Assembly (NCBI RefSeq): GCF_009914755.1
Contig: NC_060947.1
Strand: one strand, 5' to 3'
Length of the DNA stretch: 64,000 bases
Source of the DNA: the human T2T-CHM13v2.0 reference genome, Homo sapiens
The position numbers were made by a program, and so were the translations under genes. Below are positions 12,205 through 29,112 of the stretch, in pieces. The notes under the pieces are model-generated. The model did not search any database. It saw nothing but the letters and a program-made list of their open reading frames with translations, and had not been told where the DNA came from. The stretch's first letter is position 1; each line of letters opens with the position of its first letter.

Positions 12205-13392
12205 ACCATTGACAAGTAAATTTTGGTTACTTCTGTAGCATACAACAATTTAACATAAAGTTTATAATTAATAACATACAGAAGTTATTTCAGAATTATG
12301 AGTTTCCCATAATTTTGGAGCACATATCAATAACATTTCTATAAATACAGCCCAAAGAAAGTCAAACAGCATTTTATATTTGACGATGCTTCTTGTATGA
12401 TTTTTATACCAAATAAGACCAATATGTCTCTTTTGGACTTCAGAGGACTCATATCAAAAAATTAATGAGGAATCAAGTTAGAATTTGACTTTGGAAAGTT
12501 CGTCAAAGATAAAAAGTTTAAAATGCTTGATATCACGAAATAGGGTCATGGGTCATTGTAAAATAAGTCATTCATTTAACCAAAGCAGTAACTCAAAGAT
12601 TTCAAAAAAGAAAAAAAAAAAAAGGTGAAAATCTTTATTCTTTGAGAGAGGAGGCTTAATATCCCAAACAATAAGCCCTAATTAAAAACAGGATGGGCAA
12701 ATGAAATTTGTTTTTTTGAAATTTTATAATAAAAGTTTAATCATCTTGAGTATAAAATATAATTTCTATAAACCTTGTAACCTTTATCATTTTGCATGAA
12801 GGAGTGAGTTAATGCTCCAAGAAAGCCTTGTTAAACTGACACAGCAACCTAGATACTGGTTTTGCTTTAGTGTGCCTTTGATATTAATGGTTAATTCCTA
12901 GAGAAACTGAGCTACTTTTCTCTTAATATCAGCCCTTACAATCTCACATGCCCACCTCTTCCACGATAGTCCTTGGGCCTTGAGGAGTTGAATAGTTTTA
13001 ATTTCTGGCCCTGCATCTCATGAACGCAGTTTACTTTGATTAGCATCTTCTACTGGGCCTGAAGATGAGGCTGTAATTGCTGTCAGTGTTTAAGATATAG
13101 CAGAACTTGGTGTCCTTTTTAGACCCAGAAGTCAAAGCCCTATAACTCAATGGCACAAGGACTTTAAAAGCACATACAGAAAGTTACACAGATGTAATGA
13201 CCTTAAGTAAAAAATTTTTTATGTTTTTTTTCTAAGCAATCCAGAAGTTTATAATAATGACATAGGAATTATTTCAATAAAATGTAAAATCTCTTAGGCC
13301 AGTTACCAATAAGCAAAATAAAAGACCATCTGCAGTGTACGGAATATTATGTTGGAAGAAAACTCTTTTTTAGACCTTTAAGAAAAAATTTT
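12205..13392 (-). mobile_element. Second MER4-group ERV internal fragment
   Basis: 12230-12420 aligns by eye with 940-1140. Confidence 0.6.
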
Positions 13393-13655
13393 GGCCCTGT
13401 CATTGTGGCTCATGCCTGTTATCCCAGCACTTTGGGAGGCTGAAGCAGGTGGATCACTTGAGGTCAGAAGTTCGAGACCAGCCTGGCCAACACGGTGAAA
13501 CCCTGTCTCTACTACAAATACAAAAATTAGCCGGGCGTGGTGGCAGGAGAATTGCTTGAACCTGGAAGGGGGAGGTTGCAGTGAGCCAAGATTGTGCCAC
13601 TGCACTCTCAGCCTGGGTGACAGAGTGAGACCCCACCTCAAAAAAAAAAAAAAAA
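13393..13655 (+). mobile_element. AluS with an internal right-arm deletion
   Basis: Fused junction GTGGTGGCAGGAGAATTG. TSD AGAAAAAATT on both sides. Confidence 0.9.
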
Positions 13656-15400
13656 AGAAAAAATTATGAGACATGTCTCTACCCCCATGTTCTTAGCTTC
13701 AGGTCATCCCAGAAAAAAATAACAAACTGTTACAAAATGGGAGCCACTGTACTCAGTTCTTCTTCCTCAGATTGTGTAAGAACAAGCTAACTGAACTCAA
13801 TTATTTATCATTAATACAAAAGGCAGTACGTGAACCTACTTTCCTTCTACTTTATACAGCACAGAAATGATTTCTCCTCCTGCAGTGATGACAAGAAATA
13901 TATTTTTGGTCTCTGTAGTTGACATGCAAATGTACTCACTGTATCTCAAGTGAAAACTCATTAAAAGCCAGTGGAATGCAATTGTGTTATCTCCCAGGAA
14001 CACAGACAATAACATTCGTCATCACTCCCAGTGCATTTCCATTTGCTAACACAGTGAAATCACCAACCTCACCTTCGTTCCCCTGAGGTTTCCATAGAAA
14101 GTTTTCACATTTTATTCCAGTTGATCAGACAAAAGCTCTAGGTGTCTGTTTATCACCAAGACATTTTTTAAATTTAAATTGCAAAATGCAGCCACACGAT
14201 CACCTATAAAACCATGGAAACTTCTGTTTCCTAATCTGTCGAGTAGGTCTGAGTTTGTAGATATTGCTAAAAATTTCCCACCAAGTGTTTGGAATTGTTG
14301 CTTAGATAATAAATATTAGGCTAAATTAGACACATAGGAGGGGCTAATACATAAGAAAAATGACATATATCGTTTGAAAATATATACTTTTCTCTAATAT
14401 TTTACTCATTTTGGGAAAATAATTCCTTTTGCAAAGAGATTTCCAATGCTCTTGGTTTTGTGGGTACTCTGCAATTGTGTGTATAATAGACAGTTGGGCA
14501 AATCTTACCCAAGTTTACCTTTCCTGGCTTCCCTATTTCTACTTATGATCACTATCACATCTTGAAGCTGGAAGGAATCGTGGTAGCTATTATTCATTTG
14601 GCAATTTTTTACAGGTTTATTGAATGTCTGTTGTGGATCAGGCTCTATTTTAGGCACTGAGGATTTACACATACCCTTGGGAAACCTCAGGGGGCAAATA
14701 AAACACAACTAAGTGAGTGAGATAAGGTCAGATGGTAATGGTTGCTATAATGAAAACTGTTCGGGGAGATATTTAAATTAAGCTTTTGATCAGGAACTTC
14801 TTCAATGAGGAGATGATATTTAATCTTGAGAAAGAGCTGGCCAAGTGGATTTATGAAGAGAGCATCCCAGATAGAGGAAACAGCATCTGTATACAATGAG
14901 GTGCTCGACAATTTTTGATAAATGAGGAATTATCTTTAATTACCTTAAAATTTTAAAGTATTTTCTTATTTAGTGTCCATCTATATTTTAACTGATATTT
15001 GCAATTTTCTATGAGGGTAATCATATTTTAGTAGAAAGGGATTTTTTGCCTTCAAGATATTAGCCCTTTGTTACTGGTATTGCAAATACTCTCCCATTTA
15101 GTTATTATTTATACATTGACAAATTTTGTTCTTTTTTTAAATAAAGGTTATATATTATATTTAATTCTATTAACCTTTTTTATGTTTCTTAGCTTTCATT
15201 ATATGCTTAGAAATAACCACTCTACCTAAAGATATTTAGTAGTTAAGTCACTAGTAATTATTTATGTTAACACTTCATCTTTAATGTTTTAAAGTATTTG
15301 ATATATCCTTGCATTTATTTGAGTTGAGAAACCGTTTTAGTTTTTAACAAATGGTTAACTAGTAATCACAAAGAAATTAAATAATTGACATTCTTGCTGC

Positions 15401-18658
<3,258 letters not shown>

Positions 18659-19835
18659 AGCTACAAAGAAGCTTCTTAAATTTTAAAAAGCCCGCTCTAT
18701 AATCTGATTGGTCAGTTTTTGTTCCATCATCAGTAGGTGGTTTCTCCGCGTTTAAGCCATTTAGGCGCCAGCTACTTCGGCGTTACTAATCTGCTCGGCA
18801 TTAATGTAATATGCTATCCACACACAAGCCAAGATAGTAGCAAGTTTCAAGATGGGGTACATTACATGCCAATTTGATACGACCGTGTTTATTTTAAATG
18901 CTGCCTTATCATATACTAAATTATATATTCTTGAGTCTAAATCCAGACTTTGTACTGTGTTCCTTTTAGCTATTGCTCTTTGCCAATACCAAGTGTTTTG
19001 TTTTTTCTATCTTTATAATGGCATTGATGTTGGGACCGGTCTTCCCTCATTCGTCTTTATCAAAAGTATCTTAGTATCACCTGTTATTCCAGGTATATCT
19101 TTGAGTCCTTTTGCCAGTTTATTTTTAAATAATATTTTGATTGGAACAGAATAAAAATTATAATTACATTTACATAAAATAGAAATTTTTACTTTGATTA
19201 TTCCTAAATACATTCTGTTGTTGTTTACTATAATAAATATGCCCACTTTTTACCATACTGAACCTCTAATTAGTTCTAAAAAGATATAGAATGAATTTTC
19301 TCACGTTTTCTCGGTATATAAGAATGTAATCTACAGATAATTACATATCTTATAAGGAATTACACATTGTTATTACACATATGTGTATATTCATTTGTTT
19401 ATTTATTTATAGGAACTAGAGCTCATATATTTTAATATGGCTTCACCGCTTACCAGCTGTGATACTTTACATCTCTTAACCTCAACTTTCTTTAAAACTG
19501 AGAGACAGTTACTTACCACACAAGGTGATTTGGACCATCAAAGAATCACATGAGTTCATTTAGACAAAATGCTTAGAACAATGCCTATCACATAATAAGC
19601 ACTATAAAGGGTTTTTTGTTGCTGCTGCCATTATTAATATTATTTTATTGGCCGCAACTTCAAAAGAAAAGAGAAATAATAGTGGTGTAAGTAAACATCT
19701 TTATTTTGCTCTTTATCTTAGGGATGATAGCCTTTAGAGATTTCTTTTACATGTTTATTTCATCTATATTTTTACATTATGAAGTATTTAAACTTATAGA
19801 CATTTTGACATTTTGTAACTTAATTTATTGGTATG

Positions 19836-22492
19836 TGTATTAGTCCGTTCTCATGCTGCTAATAAAGACATACCCAAGACTGAGTTATTTATAAAGGAAA
19901 GAGGTTTAATTGACTCCCAGTTCAGCATGGCTGCAGAGGCCCCAGGAAACTTACAAATGATAACAGAAGAGGAAGCAAACACATCCTTCTTCACATGGCA
20001 GCAGGGAGAAAAATGAGTGTTGCGTTAGTCCATCTTCATGCTGCTGATAAAGACATACCTGAGACTGCGCAATTTTACTAAAAAAAGAGGTTTATTGGAC
20101 TTACAGTTCCACATGGCTGGGGAGGCCTCACAATCATGGCAGAGGGCAAGGAGGAGCAAATCACATCTTATGTGAATGGCGGCAGACAAAAAGAGAGCTT
20201 GTGCAGGGAAACTCTGCCTTATAAAGCCTTCAAATCTCATGAGACTTATTCACTATCAAAAGAACAGCATGGGAAAGACCTGACCCCATGATTCATTTAC
20301 CTCCCACCAGGCGCCTCCCACAATATGTGGAAATTCAAGTTGAGATTTGGGTGGGAACACAGCCAAACTGTATCATTATGCCCCTGGCCCTTCCAAATCT
20401 CATGTCTTCACATGTCAAAACCAATCATGCCTTCCCAACAGTCCCCCAGAGTCTTAACTCATTTCAACATGAACTCAAAGTCCACAGTCCAAAGTCTCAT
20501 CTGAGACAAGGCAAGTCTCTTTCACCTATGAGCCTGTAAAATCAAAAGCAAGTTAGTTACTTCCTAGACACAATGGGAGTACAGGAATTGGGTAAATATA
20601 GCCACTCTAAAGGGGAGAAATTAGCCAAAACAAGGGGCTACAGGCCCCATGCAAGTCCAAAATCAAGTAGGGGAGTCACATATTAAAGCTTCAAAATGAT
20701 CTCCTTTGACTCCATGTCTCACGTCTGGGTCACGCTGGTGCAGGAGATGGGTTCCCATGGTCTTGGGCAGCTCCACCCCTGTGGCTTTGCAGTGTACAGC
20801 CTCCCTCCCAGCTGCTTTCACAGGCTGGTGTTGGGTGTCTGTGGCTTTTCCAGGCACACGGTGCAAGCTGTCGGTGGATCTGCCATTCTTGGGTCTGGCA
20901 GATGGTGCCCCTCCTTTCACGGCTCCACGAAGTGGTGCCCCAGTAGGGACTCTGTGTGGGGGCTCCAACCCCACATTTCTCTTCCACACTGCCCTAGTAG
21001 AGGTTCTCCATGAGAGCCCCACCCCTGCAGCAAACTTCTGCCTGGACACCCAGGCATTTCCTTACATCTTCTGAAATCTAGGTATAGGTTCCCAAACCTC
21101 TATTCTTGACTTCTGTGCACCCACAGGCTCAACACCATGTGGAAGCTGCCAAGGCTTAGAGCTTGCACCCTCTGAAGCCACAGCCTGAGCTGCATCTTGA
21201 CCTCTTTTAGTCATGGCTGGAGTAGCTGGGATGCAGGGCACCAAGTCCCTAAACTGCACACAGCACAGGGACCCTGGATCTGGCCCACAAAACCATGTTT
21301 TCCTTCTAGGCCTCCAGGTCTGTGTTGGGAGGGGCTGCTGTGAAGACCTCTGACATGTTCTGGAGACATTTTCCCCATTGTCTTGGGGATTAACATTTGG
21401 CTCCTGGTTACTCATGCACATTTCTGCAACTGACTTGAATTACTCTTCAGAAAATGGGATTTTCTCTTCTATTGGATTGTCAGGCTACAAATTTTCCAAA
21501 ATTTTATGCTGTGCTTCCCTTATAAAACTGAATGCCTTTATCAGCACCCAAGTCACCTCTTGAATGTGTTGCTGCTTAGAAATGTCTTCTGCCAGATACC
21601 CGAAATCATCTCTCTCAAGTTCAAAGTTCCACAAATCTCTAGGGCAGGGGCAAAATGTCACCAGTCTCTTTGCTAAAACATAACAAGAGTCACCTTTGCT
21701 CCATTCCCACCAAGTTCCTCATCTCCATCTGAGACCACCTCAGCCTGGATTTCATTGTCCATATCATTATCAGCATTTTAGTAAAGCCATTCAGGAAGTC
21801 TCTGTGGAGTTCCAAACTTTCCCATATTTTCCTGTCTTCTTCTGAGCCCTCCAAACTGTTCCAACCTCTTCCTGTTACTCAGTTCCAAAGTCACTTCCAC
21901 ATTTTTGGGTATAATTTCAGCAATGCCCCTGGCACCAACTTACTGTATTCATTTGTTTTCAGGCAACTGATAAAGACATACCTGAATCTGGGCAATTTTA
22001 CAAAAGAAAGAGGCCTATTGGACTTACAGTTCCAAGTGGCTGGGGAGGCCTCACAGTCATGGCGGAAGGCAAGGGAGAGTTCGTGACATCTTACATGAAT
22101 GGTGGCAGGCAAAAAGAGAGCTTGTGCAGGGAAACTCTGCCTTATAAAGCCATCAGATCTCGTGAGACTTATTCACTATTAAGAGAACAGCATGGGAAAA
22201 ACATGCCCTCATGATTTAATTACTTCTCACAGGGTACCTCCCACAGCATGTGGGAATTTAAGATGAGATTTGGGTGGGGACACAGCCAAACCATATCAGT
22301 GTCCAGCAAAGGGGGAAGCCCCTTATAAAACCACCAGATCTTGTGAGAACTAACTCACTATCATGAGAACAATATAGGGGAATCTGTCCCCATAATTCAA
22401 TTATCTCCACCTATTTTTTCCATGACACATGGGGATTATGGGAACTACAATTCAAGATGAGATTTGGGTGGGAACACATCCAAACCATATTA
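19836..22492 (-). mobile_element. THE1C/D-like solo LTR split in two (19836-20020 and 22299-22492) by a nested element
   Basis: The two halves are collinear parts of one LTR (TGTATTAGTCC start, CAAACCATATTA end). TSD GTATG / ATATG. Confidence 0.85.
20021..22298 (-). mobile_element. Full-length THE1 (THE1B-like) MaLR: LTR 20021-20375, internal 20376-21943, LTR 21944-22298
   Basis: Two similar ~355-bp LTRs flank ~1.57 kb of internal sequence giving typical THE1-int peptides (MSRQKFAAGVGLSWRTS). GTGT flanks both ends. Confidence 0.92.
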
Positions 22493-22571
22493 ATATGTAT
22501 CTCTAAAAAGCAACATTAAAAAAATAAACTGCAATACTATTAAGATAGCAAACAAAAGTAATATCTTCTAA

Positions 22572-22650
22572 GGCCAGGCACAGTGGCTCATGCCCGTATT
22601 CTCAACATTTGCAATACCAAGATGGGCGGATATCTTGATCCCAGGATTCT
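22572..22650 (+). mobile_element. Old Alu left-monomer fragment (FLAM/AluJ)
   Basis: GGCCAGGCACAGTGGCTCATGCC ... CTTGATCCCAGGA. Confidence 0.7.
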
Positions 22651-23830
22651 GAAATTGTGTGCTTATTTACTCGTGGTGTAATTTACTTTCTTTTGATAGC
22701 TATTGTATTTTCTATAAACTGGTAGTTCAATCTGAAGGCTTGATTGGATTACAGTTAAAAATATTTTGTGAAAGAGCACCCTACACTACATTATGTGTCA
22801 TTTCTGGACGTCTGGGAAGCAGATGTCGAGGCATAATTAGAAGTGCAAAAGATTTATTGGGAAAAATGCCTGAGAGGATAGAGGAGAAGGGGAACAAGAG
22901 TTTTTATGATCTGCACAAAAATTCTGAAGCTTTTAAAAATATATAAATTATTTAGGATTTGCACCCCATTCTCCTTCATGTCTTCACCTGCTACATTTTC
23001 CCCTCAGAAAACCTTAATTGCAAATTTGAATTTCTCTGGGTTTTTGAGTGGGCTATGATCTTTGTCATTTCTAATACTTCCACATGCTATTGGTTCCTTT
23101 GCTTGGAATATTCTTTGCATCGTGGTCAATGTGAACTCTTAATTATACTATAAAGATAACTTAAATATCATCTCCTCTAGTAAACTCACCTTCACTTACC
23201 TGGAGACTGGTTGACTGATTCTTTCTCTAAATTTCTGTAAATCCTCATATGTATGTGTAGAACAGTGCTTATCTTATGTTTTTTCACGAATTATTTATGT
23301 GTTTGTTTCCTCATTTAACTGTGGGTTAGGAAGACTGCAAATATGCCATTTCTTCTGTACATTATTCATGATTAGTACAGAGCTTGATCAATATTAGCTG
23401 TTCAAAAGAATGAGTACATAATTCCTCAATGAAGTGTAGTTTCAAAGCCAGTTTCTCTACTCTCTTGCTCTCTGATTAAATATTCATCTTTCAAACTATT
23501 ACCCAAACTGCATTTTAGGGACAATAAAACACTTAGTTGTTACGCACAAGGGCTGTGAAGCCAAACACCTGCAGTTAAAATCCTCTCTAAGCCACTTACT
23601 GTGTGACCCTAACCCCCTTGGCCTTATTTTCTGCATCTGTGAAATAGTAATTAGATTATCAATTTTATATGGTTGCTTCAAGGATTAAATGATATAATAG
23701 GTAAGCTTTCAATAAACATTCGTTAGCATTTCCAAAGATCACATCTCATATAAAATCTTTATATTTACTTAGCCCTGTATCACATGCTCCAGCTACATTA
23801 ACATCACTGTTACCAATATTTCTATTAGCT

Positions 23831-24129
<299 letters not shown>

Positions 24130-24149
24130 TTAGCTTATAATTATTTATT

Positions 24150-24990
24150 ATGTTCAATGCATACTTTAATTGATTGTGCACATATTTTGAATCAAGCACT
24201 GCTCTAGATATTAGAGATATGGCAGTGAACAAACATTTATTTTTTTTTTCCTTCACGTGGCTTATATTCTGGGGAGAGGGGGCAGGCAATAAGCGAAAAT
24301 AAATATGCTAAATATATACTATTTGAGATAGTATACATTGAAATGGAGGAAATAATGTAGAACAATGGAGTTCAGGGAATGCTGAGGGGATGTTGTTTTA
24401 AATAGGGAGTTCAAGTAAAACCTCACTGAAAAGGTGATATATTTGAGAAAAAACCGCGAGAAAATGAGGGAGCCAGTAATGTAGATATTTGAGGAAAAGC
24501 AGTTCAAAACAATAATGAACTGTTTTTCATTCAGAACAAAGGCTGAATTCTTGAAGCAGAAATGTGCTTGGCATATATAGAGAATCATGGGGAGGTCATA
24601 TTGACCTAAGAAGAATAAGAAACAGGCACAATAATGGAGGCTAAAGTCACAGAGGTAGCAGGTTCCAAATGACATAAAGTGTGTTCTGTTTTTTTTTTGC
24701 TTTGAGCGAGCTGGAAAGCCATGGCCAGTTTTGAGTGAAGGAGTGATGTGATAAATTTTTAAAAGATCATTCTAGAAGCTGTGTGCAGAATAAACTATAG
24801 ATTGATAAGGATGGCGCAGAAATACCAAGTAGGAGTCTATTCCAGTAATCCAGATGAGGGATAATGATGATTTGGTGAGAGTTGTAATGTTAGACATGGT
24901 GAGAAGTGGGCCAGTTTGAAAAGTATTTTAAAAGAGCATACAGGATTTGCTGATGAATTGGATTTGGGGTAAAAAAAAAGGAGAGGAGTT
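24150..24990 (+). mobile_element. Degraded L2 fragment(s)
   Basis: Purine-rich L2-like motifs (GCAGTGAACAA, AAAGATCATTCT, GGATTTGCTGATG). Confidence 0.5.
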
Positions 24991-25949
24991 GGGCATAATA
25001 ATAATAGCTAATGCATTTGCACTTAATACATATTCAACACTATTAAATTTTTAAATAAGTATTAGCTAATTTAGTTTTTAGAAACAATGAAGAAATAATT
25101 CCTGGAACATATGAGTGCTCAATATTTACTAATTGAGGCACAGAGAGGATAACTAGCTTAGCCCATGCCATGCAGCTAGTAAATAGTGGATCCAAGATTC
25201 AAACCGAGACAGTGCAGCTACAGAATTCATGATTTTAAGTACTGCATGATGCATGGATGCTTTGAAAGAATGTTAGGGCCAGGGTCTAGGATCCATGAGA
25301 ATAAAGGAGGCCAGTGTTTTTGTGAGCTCAGCAGCCAAGAGCAGGAGTGCTGCTAGGAGGCCCAGGGAGATACCTGCTACCCCAAACATTGACTCTTTTC
25401 CCTGTGCAGGATGTTAGAAGCCCCCCCAAACTCCAGTAGTGTTCTACAGAGAGATAGTCAATGGACAATTTCTTAATTAGCCATATTTTTTTAAAAATAG
25501 GCTTTCAATTTCATCCATACATAGGCATGTGCTTATTTTGCCTAAAAGGGTGTAACACAATTTGTCAACCAAAATGAAATTAATGTGGAAATTTTGTCGT
25601 TTGCTGGAATGCCACATTGGGGAATTATTTCATAGTTTTGATGAGTGAGCAGATATTAATTGAGAGACATGGAGTGATCAGAGGAGGTCAGTCAACCTGT
25701 CTGTGTTTATCAGCAGCTACTCCTTTATGTTTTATCCGTGTTCTGTAGGGCCAACCACTCAAGAAAGCTCAGGCCTTGGCTTAGCCTCTTCTCAGAAGCT
25801 CATAGGAGCTACAGCCATTGCTGAGTGCTCTGGGCATGCTGTATCCATAGTGTACACTCACACCTGGACACAGAGCATGTCCTGGTGCCATGTAAGGGGA
25901 GGACAAAAGACCCACTGTCTCACACCAAGCTCTCCTACAATTATGTTTT

Positions 25950-26180
25950 CTCATCAGTGTAATTATCAAACTGGGAGTGATTTCCACCTCCTTGTTTCTG
26001 GGAACATTCTTCAATGTCTGGAGACATTTTTGGTTGCTATAACTGGTGGGAGGTGAGTGCTACTGACAGTGGGTGAAGGCCAGAGATGCTTCTGAATATC
26101 CTGCAATGCACAGGAGAGTCTCTGTGCAAAGAATTATCAGGCTTAAAACAATAGTGCTGACGATGAAAACTCTGGTGTAG
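25950..26180. mobile_element. MER20-like hAT relic
   Basis: CAATGTCTGGAGACATTTTTGGTTG ... GTGAAGGCCAGAGATGCT motifs. Confidence 0.7.
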
Positions 26181-27113
26181 GATGAAGCCTTCCTTGTCTT
26201 AGTTTAGGTTGGGCTATTGGGGTAGGACAGATTACCTCAGAGCTTATAGGACACACAGAAATCTGAATGGGAATAGCTGGGACTATTGGAAAGATGTTAA
26301 AGGCCGGGACAGTCAGAAAGTGATTGGCTGAAGAAGAACTCAGCAGAATCCATTTCCCTTGTCTTTTCCATTATTGCTAGGGAAAGAGAGGATGCCAAAA
26401 CGTGAAGGAATAGTCACCTGGTGCAATAGTAGCCAATGAGAAAATGTTGCTGGTGAGAAAATGATTACAACATATCATAACAATTATTTTTTTAAATAAG
26501 AAGCCACAGATGTGTAGCCATTATCTAGCTATCTTCTCTCCTGTTAGCTTCAAGCTCTCTAAACACTTCCCTCCGGGAAAGAGGCAATTAATGGCACCTG
26601 CCTTAAAGTTTATTTTTCTTTTACTTCTTTCTCTCTGAGAAACAGGATTTTTTTAACTTGTCCCTTTTCCCTTCCTTCTCTACTAAAATCAAGTTGGTGC
26701 TATCTATGTTATAGTTTCAATGTTAAGTGAATATGAAAGTGTCTTATCACTTATACAGTCTTACATCTGTTGAGATCAAGGCATCAGTCATGTTCTTGTG
26801 GTGGGAAAGCGCGGTGGCAGGACAAAACAAGCTGCAGATTTCTGATTAACCAGGAAGCTAAAATGCAGTCCGCTGGGAAGTCCGTGCATAGATGCCTGAT
26901 CTGTCCCAGGAGGTGCAGTAAACCTAACTCTAAAACCACACTCATTTGGCCTCATGAGAAAAATAATGTTAAAAGCTTAATTTCACACAATGAATATCTA
27001 TTGGTGAAGAGGTCCGAGTCTTCCACGATATAAAAAATGTATTAAAAATGGATGATTACCTAACAGAGACAGGGTTAGTCATCTATGAAATGATTCTCCA
27101 AAATAACACTGAA

Positions 27114-27149
27114 ACACGCACGCACGCACACACACACACACACACACAC
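27114..27149. repeat. (CACG)n/(CA)n microsatellite
   Basis: Seen directly in the sequence. Confidence 0.9.
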
Positions 27150-27659
27150 CACATACACATTTTGGGGGAGTAAACCCTTATGAAAGCTTATAAATTAAAC
27201 TCTGCCAGTCATTTATATACCTACATGAGTGGTTTTATCAGCTCACCTCTGGAAAGCACATTGAATTTGCTATTTGTCACTAAAGGTAGGTTTTAACAGT
27301 GTTGATTCAAGACTGCTGGTGACAAGGAAAGATAACTAGTGGTCCTATGACTTAGATGTCTAAAGGATTCAATGAGATGGTTATTAGGGAAGCAAAGTGA
27401 AATTGTAGGACAAGCGAGTCTCCTGGCTTCTGGTGAATGAGGAAGTCAGAAGGCAGGCAGTCTGCTGAGAAATGTTCCTGCTTGTTCTGCCAGCCTGACC
27501 CGGGTGGTAGAACAAGCAGTGGCCATAAAGACAGTTGGCTAATCTAGGAAAAAAAGCAAAATAATTATGTGATTAAATAATGTTACACAGTTGGGGTTAT
27601 TTCTCTCCCTCCATAATAGAAATGGGCAAACTATGGCCACTTAAAAGACCAGGGTACAG

Positions 27660-28375
27660 AGTGACGTCACCAAGATGGCTAACAAGAGTTAAGTGGTGCC
27701 CATTTTCTCCACAAAAAGGGACAAAAAACAAATAAACAATTATTTTTTGAGTACAGTGACCGAGGAAGCACTCTGGAGTGGACCAGGGGAGTGGTGAAAA
27801 CCCCACAGAGCAATGAAATCCAGGACAACACCATAGAGAGGGGAATGAGGAAGCCTGCCTTTGCAACACTGTCTCCCCCATTGGGATCAGCTCAGAGTCA
27901 GGAGGAAATTAATCTTACAGTTAAAAGGTAAGCTAGAGATCCACAGTAGTCCTCATTTATGCCACAAACATTAACAATCCTTGCTACAAGAGAGTCCCCC
28001 AGTCCTCACAGTCTCTGAATCCAGTTTGGAGAGTAGCTAGGAGTTTGTGTAGCTGCATTGCCTCAGAGTAGGAGCTCAACATGAGCACCCTGCGCACCAG
28101 CGACCTAAACTGCTATGACTCAGCACCATCTTGAAATGGACCCACTAATACAGTGCATCCTGCTCTGGGGACCAGTAGCAACGGACTCTCTTCATCTCTG
28201 AGGTCCCACCATCGTGCACCAGGTGCATATGGTTGCCTGCAGCATCACGACCCCAGCTGCCCAGAGCCTAGGCCAGACTGAATGACTGAGACCTTGACAT
28301 CCAAAACTGCATGGCTACCCCACGCCCTCAGGAAACAAGCAGACCTGCACAGCATGCCGGGAGCATGACAAAGCT
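27660..28375 (+). mobile_element. Old L1M 5'-end fragment
   Basis: Begins GTGACGTCACCAAGATGGC, resembling an L1M 5' terminus with a YY1-like AAGATGGC motif. Confidence 0.5.
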
Positions 28376-29112
28376 GAAATGGTGTGTTATTCATTGAACA
28401 TTGAAAGGTGGTTTCTGATGAAATAAAGAGTCATTTCAATAATTCTGAGCATTTTTTTTGCCACATCTAACTGAAAAGCAACAATGCATTCAGTTGTTGT
28501 GGAATCCAGGATGTTTAAAAAATTCAAATTTTATTATCAGTATAAATTGATGCATAATTTATAAGTGTATTGCTGATTAAAGTAAAACAGGTAAGGTATA
28601 AACAGGCCTTCCTGACAATCAGCACTTTGTTACTGCTCAAAGTTCCCTGGGTTAATCACACTCTGAATCAAAATCAGATGCTACTATGTGAACTCAAAAG
28701 GAAGTGAAATAAAAACACAATTTCCTGAAATAACTACCAGTAAGCATCACAGTAGAAACAGTCCAGGCTCTAAAATCAGAGAAACCTGGATTATAATACT
28801 GTTCTCTGCATTTTAGCAATCTTGAGCAGAAAACCTCTCAGAGACTTACTTATTTGTAGTATAGGAATATTATCTTCTAATCCTTTAGTTTATTGTAAAG
28901 GTTAAACAATGAGACAATATATGTAAAATGCCTAGCATATAACAGGTACATGCAAATAGTAGCTACTATATAAAATTTATTGATTTGCCTTATTCTCAAC
29001 TAATTTATCTTCATGTAGAATCTAATGTATAAATTTAAAATAAATTCCCACAGATTGTCTTTTCCTCTTGAGAATTTACGTTTTATTATTTTTGCTATCA
29101 CAATTATTATTT

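Noticed and set aside
18700-18735. C/D-box snoRNA within the unexplained L1 5' segment (TGATGA ... CTGA on minus)
   Set aside because: The boxes are only about 12 nt apart, with no terminal stem.
20663-21421. Cluster of overlapping 85-128-aa ORFs
   Set aside because: Ordinary THE1 internal sequence with no gene structure.
27661-27670. Perfect CRE palindrome GTGACGTCAC
   Set aside because: It sits at the start of an old L1M 5' fragment where similar sequence is expected, and there is no supporting promoter context.
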